Below, piece after piece: positions 1 through 12,148 of a stretch of DNA of 64,000 nt (position 1 is its first letter; each line of letters begins with the position of its first letter). Made by a program: the position numbers and the translations under genes. Below the pieces are notes generated by a model. That model saw only the letters and a list, made by a program, of their open reading frames with translations. It was not told the origin of the DNA and made no database searches. The stretch covers positions 131,111 through 195,110 of the forward strand of contig CAVTQU010000010.1 of NCBI GenBank assembly GCA_963736895.1, in the 5' to 3' direction. Source of the stretch: an uncultured Chloroflexia bacterium (lineage in GTDB: Bacteria; Chloroflexota; Limnocylindria; Limnocylindrales; CSP1-4).

Positions 1-109
1 TCCGAATGTCGTCTGAGGTAAACATCGGTTGCCTGTCGTCGGTCAAATGTTCACGGCTGGATACCAGTCGGACCCTCTCGAGGCCCAAGGAGCGCCTGGC
101 TGCCGTCCA

Positions 110-131
110 GTTGTATCTGGCTGGATACAAC
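110..131 (-). terminator. stem-loop downstream of parB (GTTGTATC-N6-GATACAAC); possible terminator, no U-tract
   Basis: Perfect 8-bp inverted repeat with a 6-nt loop, 24 nt past the parB stop codon. One arm is part of a GGCTGGATAC motif that recurs at ~55-64. Confidence 0.25.
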
Positions 132-154
132 CCGGACCAGATGCGGAGTGCGAG

Positions 155-1168
155 CTAGTGCTCGAACGACTTTCCGCTGCGCACGACGTTGATCGCGTTC
201 TCGAGCCGCAGCTTCGCGATGGTCAGGTACTTCGCCAGGTTCTGGCGGTCGACCTCCTTGATCTCGCCCATGACCGCCGCCGAAGCAAGCACGTCGGCGA
301 GCTGATCAAGAGCGTCGGCCAGTGTGGCCTTGGCGTCGATGAGCGCGTCATCGCCGATGGCCACATCTGACCGCCGTGTCGGAGCCAGCTCCAGCTCCTC
401 GACGTCCACGCCGTCGACGACTTCCTCGACGTCCGGCCCTGAGGCCGACGGCTCGCGGACCACAACTGGCTTGCCGTCGATCTTCTCGCGCAGCTTGACG
501 AGGCTGAGCTCGCCCGACGCGACCTGCTCGGCCAGCCGGCGGCGCTTCTTGGGATCCTCGACCTTCAGCAGCTCGTAGGCGTGAGACAGCGTGTCTTTGC
601 GCAAAGACACGAGCTGCTTGATCTCGGTCGGTGCGCCGGCGAGGCGCAGCCGGTTCTCGATGTAGCCCTTGTCCTTGCCCAGCTTCTGGGCGAGCCGCCG
701 GACGCTGTAGCCATGCTCGTGCGTCATGCGGTCGTAGATCATCGCCTCCTCGAGCGGAGAGAGATCCTCGCGCTGGAGGTTCTCGATGATGCCGATCTCG
801 AGGGCGGTCTCGTCGTCGAGCTGCTCGATCAGCGCCGGGATCTCTCCCAGCCCGGCCGCACGCGCGGCGCGCCAGCGACGCTCGCCGGCGACCAGCTGGT
901 AGCGCTGGAAGTCCTCGGTCGGTCGAACGAGGATCGGCTGCAGCACGCCGTGCTCGGTGATCGAGGCGGCGAGCTCGGCCAGGGCGTCCTCGTCGAACGT
1001 CATCCGTGGCTGATCGGGATTGGGCTCGATTCGATCGAGCGGAATATTCCTGATGCCGGGAGGGCTGCTGTTGCCCTCGGGCGAAAGGAGGCTCAGGACG
1101 GCCGGGGAGAGCTCACGCTCCTCGGCGAGTCGTCGCGCGGCGGTGCCGCGGAAATCCGGTCTAGCCAA
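155..1168 (-). CDS. parB: chromosome partitioning protein ParB/Spo0J
   Basis: Intact 337-aa ORF with the ParB box [15 protein letters not shown] and an [15 protein letters not shown] region. Its start overlaps the parA stop by 8 nt. It carries the palindrome at 590-611 internally. Confidence 0.93.
   Translation of the reverse strand: MARPDFRGTAARRLAEERELSPAVLSLLSPEGNSSPPGIRNIPLDRIEPNPDQPRMTFDEDALAELAASITEHGVLQPILVRPTEDFQRYQLVAGERRWRAARAAGLGEIPALIEQLDDETALEIGIIENLQREDLSPLEEAMIYDRMTHEHGYSVRRLAQKLGKDKGYIENRLRLAGAPTEIKQLVSLRKDTLSHAYELLKVEDPKKRRRLAEQVASGELSLVKLREKIDGKPVVVREPSASGPDVEEVVDGVDVEELELAPTRRSDVAIGDDALIDAKATLADALDQLADVLASAAVMGEIKEVDRQNLAKYLTIAKLRLENAINVVRSGKSFEH
590..611. promoter_or_regulatory. 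22-bp perfect palindrome CGTGTCTTTGCGCAAAGACACG inside parB; candidate divergent parS
   Basis: Perfect dyad symmetry read directly. The 18-bp core TGTCTTTGCGCAAAGACA is repeated exactly at 3624-3641. Location inside parB mirrors the known parS within B. subtilis spo0J. Confidence 0.45.
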
Positions 1169-1931
1169 GCTCGATCACCTCCCGCGCGAGCCCACGGTAA
1201 GCACGCGCCGCATCCGAGTTGCCGGCGTAGGACGTCACCGGTCTGCCGACCAGCGGCGCCTCGCCGAGTCGCACTGTCTGCTTGATCATGTTTTCGAAGA
1301 TGTGGTGGTCGCCCATGTCGCGCAGCTCCTGGAGCATGTCGCGACCGAGGATCGTGCGGCCGTCATAGAACGTCGGCAGAAGGCCAAGCACGCGCAGCCG
1401 CGGGTTGAGACCCTTGGTGCGGATCTGCGTGATGACGTTCATCAGCGCCGAGAAGCCCTTCAGCGCGTAGTACTGCGTCTGAACGGGGATGATCACGCCG
1501 TCCGCCGCGACGAGCGCATTGAGTGTCAGCAGCCCGAGAGTCGGTGGGCAGTCGATCAGGACGTAGTCGTATTCCTGGACAGCCGAACCTTCGAGCGCTT
1601 CCTTCAGCGCCTGCTCGCGACCGATTGCGCTGAACAGGACGTTCTCGGTGGCCGACAGGTCAATGGTCGACGGGGCGACGTCTACGCCGGCGGTCTGCGT
1701 CGGCAGGATGATCTCGTCGAGCTTGACGGCGGGGTCGACGAGGGCTTCGGCCATCGAGTTCTCGACGTTCCGGAGGTTGATTCCAAGGCCGACGGTCAGG
1801 TTGGCCTGCGGGTCCATGTCGACGCAGAGGACGCGGAATCCCTGCTCTGCCAGTGAGCCCGCGAGATTGATCGCGGTAGTCGTCTTGCCGACGCCGCCCT
1901 TCTGGTTTGCGATTGCGATGACTTTGGGCAA
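1161..1931 (-). CDS. parA: chromosome partitioning ATPase ParA/Soj
   Basis: Deviant Walker A KVIAIANQKGGVGKTTT. The ORF is open to GTG 1982. I prefer TTG 1931 because GAGGAGG lies 8 nt upstream and it gives the typical MPKVIAIANQKGG N-terminus. Confidence 0.92.
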   Translation of the reverse strand: MPKVIAIANQKGGVGKTTTAINLAGSLAEQGFRVLCVDMDPQANLTVGLGINLRNVENSMAEALVDPAVKLDEIILPTQTAGVDVAPSTIDLSATENVLFSAIGREQALKEALEGSAVQEYDYVLIDCPPTLGLLTLNALVAADGVIIPVQTQYYALKGFSALMNVITQIRTKGLNPRLRVLGLLPTFYDGRTILGRDMLQELRDMGDHHIFENMIKQTVRLGEAPLVGRPVTSYAGNSDAARAYRGLAREVIELG

Positions 1932-1991
1932 CGGGACGACCTCCTCTTCGCCCGTCAATCTAGCAAGAAAGCGGCTCCGCACACAGTCTGG

Positions 1992-2035
1992 TTATCCACA
2001 GGATCGCGAAGTTGTTCACCGAATTCTGTGGACAT
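1992..2035. promoter_or_regulatory. cluster of DnaA-box-like 9-mers in the parA/carboxyltransferase divergent intergenic region
   Basis: Perfect consensus TTATCCACA at 1992-2000. TTGTTCACC at 2012-2020 matches 7/9. TGTGGACAT at 2027-2035 (reverse complement ATGTCCACA) matches 7/9 in inverted orientation. Confidence 0.4.
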
Positions 2036-2069
2036 CTCTTCATCTGCGTCCCGTTGCTAGGATGCGCGC

Positions 2070-3621
2070 GTGTCCAACAAGGAAGATGTCGAGCGACTGC
2101 TGTCACTCCGCGAACAATCGCGTCTCGGCGGGGGAGAGGAACGAATCAAGCAACAGCACGATCGCGGAAAGCTGACGGCGCGCGAACGTCTGGAGCTGTT
2201 GCTCGACGCGGATTCATTCGTCGAGTTCGACGCGTTCGTCACGCATCGTGCGACTGACTTCGGCCTGGACCGTGAGCGCTACCTGGGCGACGGCGTCGTC
2301 ACCGGTCACGGCACTATCGACGGCCGACTCGTATTCGTCTTCAGCCAGGACTTCACGGTTTTCGGCGGATCGCTCTCCGAGGCGCACGCCGAGAAGATCT
2401 GCAAGGTGATGGATCTCGCGGTCGAGACCGGCGCGCCCATCATCGGCCTGAATGATTCGGGCGGCGCGCGAATCCAGGAAGGCGTCGTGTCGCTCGGTGG
2501 CTACGCCGACATCTTCCTGCGCAACACGCTTGCGTCCGGAGTGGTGCCGCAGATCTCGCTCGTTCTTGGGCCGTGCGCCGGCGGCGCCGTCTACTCGCCG
2601 GCAATCACCGACTTCACGATCATGGTCGAAGGGACGAGCTACATGTTCGTGACCGGGCCAGAGGTGGTGAAAACCGTGACGCACGAGGATGTCGATCGCG
2701 AGCACCTCGGCGGCGCATCGGTTCACACCGCGATCAGCGGCGTGGCTCATCTCGCGGCGCGCGACGAGGCAGAGGCGATGTCGCTGGCTCGCCGGATTCT
2801 TGGGCATCTGCCGCAGAACAACTTGTCGAAGCCGGCACGCCGCGAGACGTCCGACCCGACGTGACCGGCAGGACGCCGCGCTCAACGATGTCATCCCGGA
2901 CGAGCCGACACAGCCCTACGACATGCACGAGGTGCTGACGCGCGTCGTGGACGACGGGGAGTTCCTCGAGATCCAGCCTGCGTGGGCGGCCAACATCATC
3001 GTCGGCTTCGCACATGTCGGCGGCCGCAGCGTGGGCATCGTGGCGCATCAGCCCGCCGTGTTGGCAGGAGCGCTCGACATCGACGCATCCGACAAGGCGG
3101 CACGCTTCGTCCGGACCTGCGACGCGTTCAACGTCCCGTTGCTGACCTTCGTCGATGTGCCGGGGTTCCTGCCTGGCGTGGCGCAGGAGCACGGCGGAAT
3201 CATTCGCCACGGCGCGAAGCTGCTCTACGCCTATGCCGAGGCGACCGTGCCCAAGGTCACCGTGATCACGCGCAAGGCATACGGCGGCGCGTACGACGTC
3301 ATGAGCAGCAAGCACATCCGCGGCGACATCAACCTGGCCTGGCCGTCGGCGCGCATCGCGGTCATGGGCGTCGAGGGCGCGGTGAACATCATCTTCCGCG
3401 ACGAGCTGGCGGCTGCCGACGACGCCGAGGCGGAACGCGCGCGACTGGCCCGGGAATACGAGGAGCGGTTCGCCAACCCGTACATCGCCGCGGGCCGTGG
3501 CTACATCGACGACGTCATCCTGCCGGCCGAGACCCGGCCGCGTGTCATCGCGGCCCTGGAGATGCTCGACGGCAAGCGGCAGTCGAACCTTCCGCGGAAG
3601 CACGGCAACATCCCGCTCTAG
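2070..3621 (+). CDS. pccB: propionyl-/methylmalonyl-CoA carboxyltransferase (acyl-CoA carboxylase beta subunit), one frame disruption
   Basis: ORF pieces 2070..2864 and 2689..3621 join as ...ARRETSDP(T)/[24 protein letters not shown]... if one extra base near 2862 is skipped. Typical PccB N-terminus [15 protein letters not shown]. Both carboxyltransferase halves are present. Confidence 0.9.
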
Positions 3622-3622
3622 G

Positions 3623-5202
3623 GTGTCTTTGCGCAAAGACAGGGTCGGGGCACCGTTCGAGCGACTCCTTGTCGCCAACCGCGGCGAGATCGCGGTGCGC
3701 ATCATCCGGGCCTGTCGGGAGCTGGGCGTCGAGTCGGTCGCCGTCTACAGCGACGCAGACACCGATGCGGTCCACCGCCGGCTGGCCGATGTTGCCGTAT
3801 CGATCGGACCTGCGCCGGCGGCCGACAGCTACCTCCGGGTCGATCGCATCATCGACGCCGCGAAATCGACCGGCGCCCAGGCGATCCATCCGGGGTACGG
3901 GTTTCTGTCCGAGCAGCCGGCACTCGCCGAGGCGTGCCTCGCGGCGGGGATCACGTTCGTCGGTCCGGCCATCGAGACGCTGGCCCAGCTCGGCGACAAG
4001 CTGGCCGCGCGGCGGCGCGCGTCGGAGGCCGGAGTGCCGGTGGTGCCGGGCACGTTCGAACCAATCGACACGTCCGGCGCGGACGGCGCGGCGCGGGTCC
4101 TCGCCGAGGCGAACCGCATCGGCTGGCCGCTGCTGGTCAAGGCCGCGGCCGGCGGCGGCGGCCGTGGCATGCGCCGCGTCGACGATCCCAACGAGCTGAA
4201 CGATGCCATCGCGTCGGCGTCGCGCGAGGCCGCCGCCGCCTTCAGCGACGGATCCGTCTACCTGGAGCGCTACGTCGAACGAGCCCGCCACGTCGAGGTC
4301 CAGCTGCTCGGCGACGACCACGGCAACGTCGTGGCGCTAGGCGAACGCGACTGCTCCGTCCAGCGCCGTCACCAGAAGCTGGTCGAGGAGGCGCCTGCTC
4401 CCGGGACTGACCACGGAGCAGCGCGGACACCTGCATGAGCTGGGCGTGAAGGTCGCGCGCACCGTCGGACTGCGCAACGCCGCGACGGCCGAGTTCCTCC
4501 TCACCCCTGACGGCGACTTCTGGTTCCTCGAGGTCAACGCCCGGCTGCAGGTGGAGCACGGCGTCACGGAGCTCGTCGCCGACATCGACCTCGTCCGGGA
4601 GCAGCTCTGGATCGCCGCGGGCTACCGATCTCGACAGACACGTCCTGGATGCTGCCGCCGCCGCGGCCAATCCCCAGGCGCCACGCGATCGAGGTCCGGC
4701 TCAGCGCCGAGCATCCGGCACTGCACTTCGCTCCAGCGCCGGGCCGGATCACGCACTGGCGCACGCCGGCGGGCCCGGGTGTCCGACTCGACAGCGGCGT
4801 GGAGGAGGGGAGTGTCGTCAGCGAGCACTACGACCCGCTCGTCGCCAAGCTCATGGTCGTCGCCGGACGATCGCCCCGCTGCACTGGCCCGACTGCGACG
4901 CGCTCTCGACGAGCTGGAGGTGGGCGGCATCCAGACGACGCTGCCGTTCGACCGCTGGCTGCTCGACCAGGCCGACTTCGCCGAGGCGACTGGCTTGTCG
5001 ACCGACCTGGTCGATCGACTCTGGCAGCCAATCGAGCTGGTGTCTGTCGCCGCTCTGCGAGCGGCTGAGCTCGCGGCGAAGGCATCGATCGCCGACACGT
5101 CCGGTGGGCAGGCTGGCGACCGTGCAGCGCGCCCAGAACGGACGTGCCGAAGACGAGTGGTGGCGCGCCGGCATCACGGAAGCAACGGAGCGCCTGCCGT
5201 GA
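3623..5202 (+). CDS. accC: biotin carboxylase (acyl-CoA carboxylase alpha, BC domain), about 4 frame disruptions
   Basis: Motifs [52 protein letters not shown] and GIQTTLPF. The frame changes near 4404 (extra A after CCCGGG), 4621 (missing base), 4865 (extra G) and probably ~5105. TGA 5200-5202 overlaps GTG 5199 of the next ORF. The alternative reading is one fused BC-BCCP polypeptide at 3623..5682. Confidence 0.8.
3624..3641. promoter_or_regulatory. second copy of the 18-bp palindrome TGTCTTTGCGCAAAGACA
   Basis: Exact repeat of the parB-internal core. It lies 2 nt after the pccB stop and overlaps the GTG 3623 start of the biotin carboxylase gene. Confidence 0.45.
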
Positions 5203-5682
5203 GCGTCGGCAAGAGGACACGAGTCACGATCGAGGCTGTGCCGCTCGTGATCCAGCCGGACGAGGCGCAGATCGCGGAATTTGCGCCGGCGCGGCGAGGC
5301 GAGCTGGTTACACCGCTGCCAGCCAACGGCAGAGGACCGCGCCGAGGGCGTTGCCCGGTACGAGGTCGTCGTCGACGGCTGGCTGTTCGAGGCAGCCACC
5401 GAGCCAGCCGGTCGAGCCGAGCTACGTGATCGCGTCGCCAAGCAGGCGGCCGAGCACAAAACCACGTCCCGGCTGACGCTGCGCGCCCAGATCCCGGGCC
5501 GCGTGGTTCGTCTCTGGGTCGCCGAGGGGGAGAAGGTCGAGCGCGGGCAGCGACTGCTGGCGATCGAGGCCATGAAGATGGAGAACGAGATCCGCGCCCC
5601 GCAGGCCGGCATCGTGGAGGGTGTCAGGGTGGAGGTCGGCGCCCGTGTCGAGCGCGAGGACGAGCTGCTCAGCCTGGGCTAG
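5199..5682 (+). CDS. biotin carboxyl carrier / biotinyl-domain protein, one frame disruption
   Basis: C-terminal biotinyl domain ...GQRLLAIEAMKMENEIRAPQAGIVEGV... with the AMKM biotinylation motif. GTGA overlap with the upstream stop. The frame changes near 5330 (PLPANG / EDRAEGVARYEVVVDGW). Confidence 0.65.
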
Positions 5683-5717
5683 GGGCAGGAAGCGTCGCGC
5701 TTAGACTCAGCCGACTG

Positions 5718-7314
<1,597 letters not shown>

Positions 7315-7315
<1 letters not shown>

Positions 7316-7788
7316 TGGCAATAGAACAACCGTTCGATTTACCGCTCAGCGTGCCCGGCCGCGTGCACCACGTCGCGGTCGTTGTTCGCGACATCGAGCA
7401 GGCACTGTCGTTCTACCGTGATCGCCTGCGGCTGCCGGTGGATCTCGTGCTCCCGATCGAATCGGACGGTGTCACCATCGCCTTCCTGAGCGTGGGTGAA
7501 TCGAAGATCGAGCTGGTCCAGCCGACGGATATGACGACCGGCGTCGCCCGGTTTCTCGAGTCGCGCGGCGAGGGCTTCCATCACGTCTGTCTGGAGGTGG
7601 CAGACATCGCTGCGGAGCTCGACAGGCTCGCCGGGGAGGGCGTGGAGCTGATCGATACCAGGCCGCGGCCGGGCGCTGAGGGTCCTGTCGCGTTCATCCA
7701 CCCGCGCAGCTGCAACGGGGTGCTGGTGGAGCTGATCGAGGCGGCGGGCGGACCCGCCTGGGTCTCCCTGGGGCTGACCTCGCCCTAG
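7315..7788 (+). CDS. mce: methylmalonyl-CoA epimerase (VOC/glyoxalase fold)
   Basis: ATG 7315 overlaps the mutase TGA (TGATG). [38 protein letters not shown]...GFHHVCLEV...[16 protein letters not shown] is typical of the epimerase family. Its context next to the mutase supports the call. Confidence 0.85.
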
Positions 7789-7799
7789 CGGCGCTCGCT

Positions 7800-7825
7800 C
7801 TGCCGATCCTGGCGGCGCTCGGCAG
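7800..7825. terminator. hairpin between convergent genes (CTGCCGA-N12-TCGGCAG)
   Basis: 7-bp perfect stem in the 37-nt gap between the epimerase stop (7788) and the stop of the minus-strand membrane protein (7826). No U-tract. Confidence 0.25.
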
Positions 7826-8766
7826 CTAGGCCTTGTCCCACTCGAACATCATCAGGTTTTCGTTGTCCGCCGCGACGCGAACCGGGATGTTGGCGCCGAT
7901 CCTGACCTTGTGCATGGCCGTGAGCGGCACCATCGCTGCCGACTCGGCCAGCTGCTTGGGCGACTTGCCGGGCATCTTGAGCGTCACCTGCATCGTGTAG
8001 AGGCGCTCGTCGCCAACGATCTGCCCCGTGTCGGTCAGCTTGTCGATACGCGCCGAGCCCTGCGATGCCCGACTGCCGAAGGTACGCCCGCAGCTGCTCG
8101 ACCGAGAGGTTGCCCTGCTGGCGGTGGCGAAGGGTGACGCAGCAGCGGCACCGCTCGCCGCGAGCGCGGCCTGGACCTGGCTGAGGCTCTCGTCGTAGAC
8201 GGAGCCGCTACCCGTTCCGCTCTGCAGCGGCGCAGCGCCGGCCATGGGCTGCGCGGCGGTCATGGGCATCGCCCATCGGGGAGCCGATGGCACCGCTGCT
8301 CTGCCAGTCAACGGCGATGCGGTTCAGGTCAGTGGGATCGACACGCACCGATAGCGGAGCTCCCGACGTCAGCCGGCCGAGCAGGATGAGCGGCACGAAC
8401 GACTTGTGCTTGGCCGCGTAGGGCGTCTGACCGGCGATCGTCACGAGCAGGCTGCAGTTCGACCTGCGGCTGCTCGTTGAGGTACATGCCGGTCTGTGTC
8501 GGCCCATGACCTGGGCCGTCGCCGGAATGCCCGTGGCGAGCAGCTGATCCACTGCGCCGGCGCGCCGTCCAACGATGATCCCGATGACGATGAGCACGAT
8601 GCCCACGATCGCCAGGAGGCCACCGGTACCGAGCATCGCGGGCCCGGCAAACGGGATGCTCCCCAGGGTGACCGCCATCACCGCCGCCGACGACGAGCAG
8701 GATGACTCCGGTGATGATCAGCCACAGGCGCGAGTAGTTGCCCATCGTGGAACCAGAGAACGACAC
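7826..8766 (-). CDS. hypothetical membrane protein with two N-terminal TM helices and an internally duplicated ~100-aa domain; about 6 frame disruptions
   Basis: GTG 8766 is preceded by AAGGAGGA 5 nt upstream. Pieces 8329..8766, 8208..8681 and 7826..8311, plus short unlisted frames, join as MSFSGSTMGNYSRLWLIITGVILLVVGG / VMAVTLGSIPFAGPAMLGTGGLLAIVGIVLIVIGIIVG...GIPATAQVMG / PTQTGMYLNEQPQVELQ / LLVTIAGQTPYAAKHKSF...RVDPTDLNRIAVDW ... LSVEQLRAYLRQSGIAG / SARIDKLTDTGQIVGDERLYTMQVTLKMPGKSPK...VRVAADNENLMMFEWDKA. Confidence 0.55.
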
Positions 8767-8792
8767 CTGATCCTCCTTGCCCCTCTACCCCC

Positions 8793-9683
8793 TCAGTCCG
8801 GCCGAACCCCCGCCGATCTCAAGATGCCTGGAATCTGGCTCGGCGCTTCTGCGACGCTCACGCCTGCCGCTTCCAGCGCGGACACCTTGCTCTGCGCAGT
8901 GCCGCGGTTGCCGCTGATGATCGCTCCCGCGTGGCCCATCCGTCTGCCCGGTGGCGCAGTGCGCCCGGCGATGAACGCGGCCATCGGAATGCCCGACATG
9001 TTGTCGGCGATCCAGTCGGCTGCTCGCTCCTCGGCGTCGCCGCCGATCTCGCCGATCAGGACGACCGCCTCGGTCTCAGGGTCGTCGCGGAAGAGCGTCA
9101 GGATGTCGACGAAGTTCGAGCCGTTGATCGGGTCACCGCCGATGCCGACGCACGTCGACTGGCCGATGCCCGCCTCCGTGAGCGCCTCGACCACCTCGTA
9201 GGTCAGCGTGCCCGATCGGCTCACCACGCCCACGTGCCCCGGGCGATGGATGTTGCCCGGGATGATGCCCACCTTGGCCTTGCCCACGGACGTCGCGCCC
9301 GGGCAGTTGGGCCCAACGAGTCGCGCGCCGGCCTGATCGACGGCCGCGACGACGCGCAGCATGTCGAGTGCGGGGATGTGCTCGGTGATGCAGAAGATCG
9401 TCGCGATCCCCGCGTCGACGGCCTCGAGGATCGCGTCCGGCGCGCCCGCCGGCAGGGACGTAGATGACTGTCGTGTTGGCGCCGGTTTGCGCCACGGCGT
9501 CACGGCAGGTGTCGAAGACCGGCACGGGCTTGTTCAGCGCCATCTGGCCGCCTCTTGCCCGGCGTCATGCCGGCACACGATGTTGGTGCCGTAGTCCTGC
9601 ATCTGCTGGGCGTGGAAGCCGCCCTCGCGTCCGGTGATGCCCTGGACGAGCAGTCGAGTGTCCGACCCGACGAGGATGCTCAT
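8793..9683 (-). CDS. sucD: succinyl-CoA synthetase alpha subunit, three frame disruptions
   Basis: [36 protein letters not shown] / AGMTPGK(G)G / [32 protein letters not shown] / ...[22 protein letters not shown]...GHAGAIISG. Removing one T and one A near 9545-9575 restores the conserved TPGKGG. ATGA overlap with sucC. Confidence 0.9.
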
Positions 9684-10870
9684 GCGCTCACTGGGGCAGC
9701 TGCGGCCATCGCCACGACCTTCTCGACCGCCTCGTCGAGCGTGGCGGCGGTGTGAAGATCGGGGTCGCCGGCCTCCTCCAGGATGCGCGCTGCTTCCTCC
9801 GCGTTCGTGCCCACGATCCGAACGACCATCGGCACGTGCCGCTCCTGCTCGCGGCGCGCCTCGACCAGGCCGTGTGCGACCTCGTCGCCGCGCGCGATGC
9901 CGCCGAAGATGTTGACGAGGATCGCGCGGACATCGGGGTCGGCGAGGATCAGTCCCATCGCGGCCGCGACCTTGTCGGCCTTGGCTCCGCCGCCGATATC
10001 CAGGAAGTTGGCGGGCTGGCCACCGGCGCGCTTGATCAGGTCCATGGTCGACATGGCCAGCCCCGCGCCGTTGACCATGCAGCCAATGGTGCCGTCGAGG
10101 CGTATGAACGAGATGCCCTGTTCGCGCGCCGCGACGTCGACCGGGATCCTCTTCGTCCAGGTCGCGCAGCAGCTCAAGGTCGGGATGGCGACCGAGTGCC
10201 GAGTCGTCGATCGTGATCTTCGCGTCGAGGCACTGGAGCGACTCGCGTGGCCCGTCCGCGCCGGACTCGCGGACGATGGCGAGCGGGTTGATCTCCACGA
10301 GGTCGGCATCGTTGTCGATCATCGTCTGGAAGATCCCCTTGGCAATCGTCACGAAGTCGCGCAGGTGCTCGCCGCCGAGGCCCAGCTGGAAGGCCATCTG
10401 GCGAGCCTGGTAGTCGAGCAGTCCCAGGTGGGGTGCGCGTGGACCTGCTTGATCGCGTCCGGATCCTTAGCTGCGACCTCTTCGATCTCTACGCCGCCCT
10501 CGGCCGAGCCCATCAGCAGGACGCGCCGGCTGCTGCGATCGAGCACGACGGACAGGTAGTACTCGCGAGCGATGTCCGCGGCCGGGCCAACGAGCACTCG
10601 ACGAACCGTCGTGCCCTTGATGTCCATGCCCAGGATCTGCGACGCGACCTGCTCCGCCTCTTCGGCGGACCGAGCCAGCTTCACACCGCCGGCCTTGCCG
10701 CGGCCGCCGACCAGGACCTGTGCCTTGATTACGACCTTGCCCGATCCGGCCGCGAGGAATGCCTCCGCTGCGCGACGTGCCTCGGCCGGCGTTTCGGCCA
10801 CCTCGTACGGGGGAACGGGCAGCTTCTCGGCCAGCAGGAGGCGCTTGGCGTGGTACTCCTGCAACTTCAT
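9680..10870 (-). CDS. sucC: succinyl-CoA synthetase beta subunit, two frame disruptions
   Basis: [31 protein letters not shown]...[20 protein letters not shown] is the ATP-grasp N-terminus. Pieces 10349..10870, 9534..10397 and 9680..10309 join near ~10415 and ~10140. The C-terminal part has [16 protein letters not shown] and [13 protein letters not shown]. Confidence 0.9.
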
Positions 10871-11064
10871 GCCGAGACAAGCCCTCCCTGGTTCTCATTG
10901 AATGGCGCGGAAATGGGCGCTGGGGAGGCCGATTGTAGACGCGTCTTCGAGGCACCCTGCGCGCTTGCTGTGGGCATCGCACGGCGCGGTCACTTTGGCC
11001 GCGCATGCGTACACTTGGATTCCCGCATTGCAGGCGCGTTGACCTGCGCGAGGAGGCCTGAACC

Positions 11065-12087
11065 TTGACCTACACAGTCACTCTCATCCCCGGCGACGGC
11101 ATCGGACCCGAGCTTGCCGATGCCACCGTCACCGTCATGGATGCGACCGGGCTCGACTTTGAGTGGAAGCGCATGGACGCTGGCGAGTCACAGATCGCCG
11201 TCCACGGGACGCCGCTCCCCGAGTCGGTCCTGGACTCGATCCGCGAGACCGGCGTCGCCCTCAAGGGCCCGATCACCACCCCCGTCGGCGAAGGCTTCCG
11301 ATCGGTCAACGTCACCCTCCGCCAGGCGCTCGACCTGTACGCGAATCTCCGGCCTGCACAGTCGATCAAGGGCGTCGAATCGCGCTACGAGAACGTGGAC
11401 CTGGTCATGGTTCGAGAGAACACCGAAGACCTGTACGCGGGCATCGAGCACAAGGTTGGCAAGGACGCGGCTGAGAGCATCAAGATCATCACGCGCTTTG
11501 CGTCAGAGCGGATCGCCCGCTACGCCTTCGATTACGCCGTGGCCAACGGACGTCACAAGGTGACCGCCATCCACAAGGCGAACATCATGAAGCTCTCCGA
11601 CGGCCTGTTCCTCGAGTCGTGCCGGACGGTCGCGGCCGAGTACGACGGCAGGATCGAGTTCGAGGACCGGATCGTCGACAACATGTGCATGCAGCTGGTC
11701 CAGAAACCAGAGCTGTACGACGTGCTGGTCGCGCCAAACCTTTACGGCGACATCATCAGCGACCTGTGCGCCGGCCTCGTTGGCGGCCTCGGCGTTGCTC
11801 CGGGCGCGAACATCGGCGAGAACGCAGCGGTTTTCGAGCCCGTTCACGGCTCGGCGCCCAAATACGCGGGCAAGGACGTGGCCAACCCAACGGCGCTGAT
11901 CCTGTCCGCGGCGCTGATGCTTCGCCACCTCGGCGAGACCGAAGCGGCGGAGCGCGTCGAAGCCGCGGTCCGCGGGGTCATCGGCGAGGGTCGTACGCTG
12001 CCGCCCGACCTTGGCGGCACCGCCGGCACGCGAGCCTTCGCGGCGGCCGTGGCAGATCGCGTTGCCTCACCCGTGGCAGCGCGCTGA
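11065..12087 (+). CDS. icd: isocitrate dehydrogenase, NAD-dependent IDH3-like (isocitrate/isopropylmalate dehydrogenase family)
   Basis: Intact 340 aa with [51 protein letters not shown] and [23 protein letters not shown] start with GAGGAGG 8 nt upstream. The TCA-gene neighbourhood supports icd rather than leuB. Confidence 0.8.
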   Translation: MTYTVTLIPGDGIGPELADATVTVMDATGLDFEWKRMDAGESQIAVHGTPLPESVLDSIRETGVALKGPITTPVGEGFRSVNVTLRQALDLYANLRPAQSIKGVESRYENVDLVMVRENTEDLYAGIEHKVGKDAAESIKIITRFASERIARYAFDYAVANGRHKVTAIHKANIMKLSDGLFLESCRTVAAEYDGRIEFEDRIVDNMCMQLVQKPELYDVLVAPNLYGDIISDLCAGLVGGLGVAPGANIGENAAVFEPVHGSAPKYAGKDVANPTALILSAALMLRHLGETEAAERVEAAVRGVIGEGRTLPPDLGGTAGTRAFAAAVADRVASPVAAR

Positions 12088-12148
12088 ACCAGCGACTTAA
12101 CAGCGAACGGCGCGATGTGGTCCGCAACAAAGAAATGATCGTGAGCGC

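Noticed and set aside
1983-2069. Calling this intergenic region the replication origin (oriC).
   Set aside because: There are only three DnaA-box-like sites in 87 bp. No AT-rich unwinding element is visible, and no dnaA/dnaN is in the window. It is more safely read as DnaA-regulated promoter DNA near the origin.
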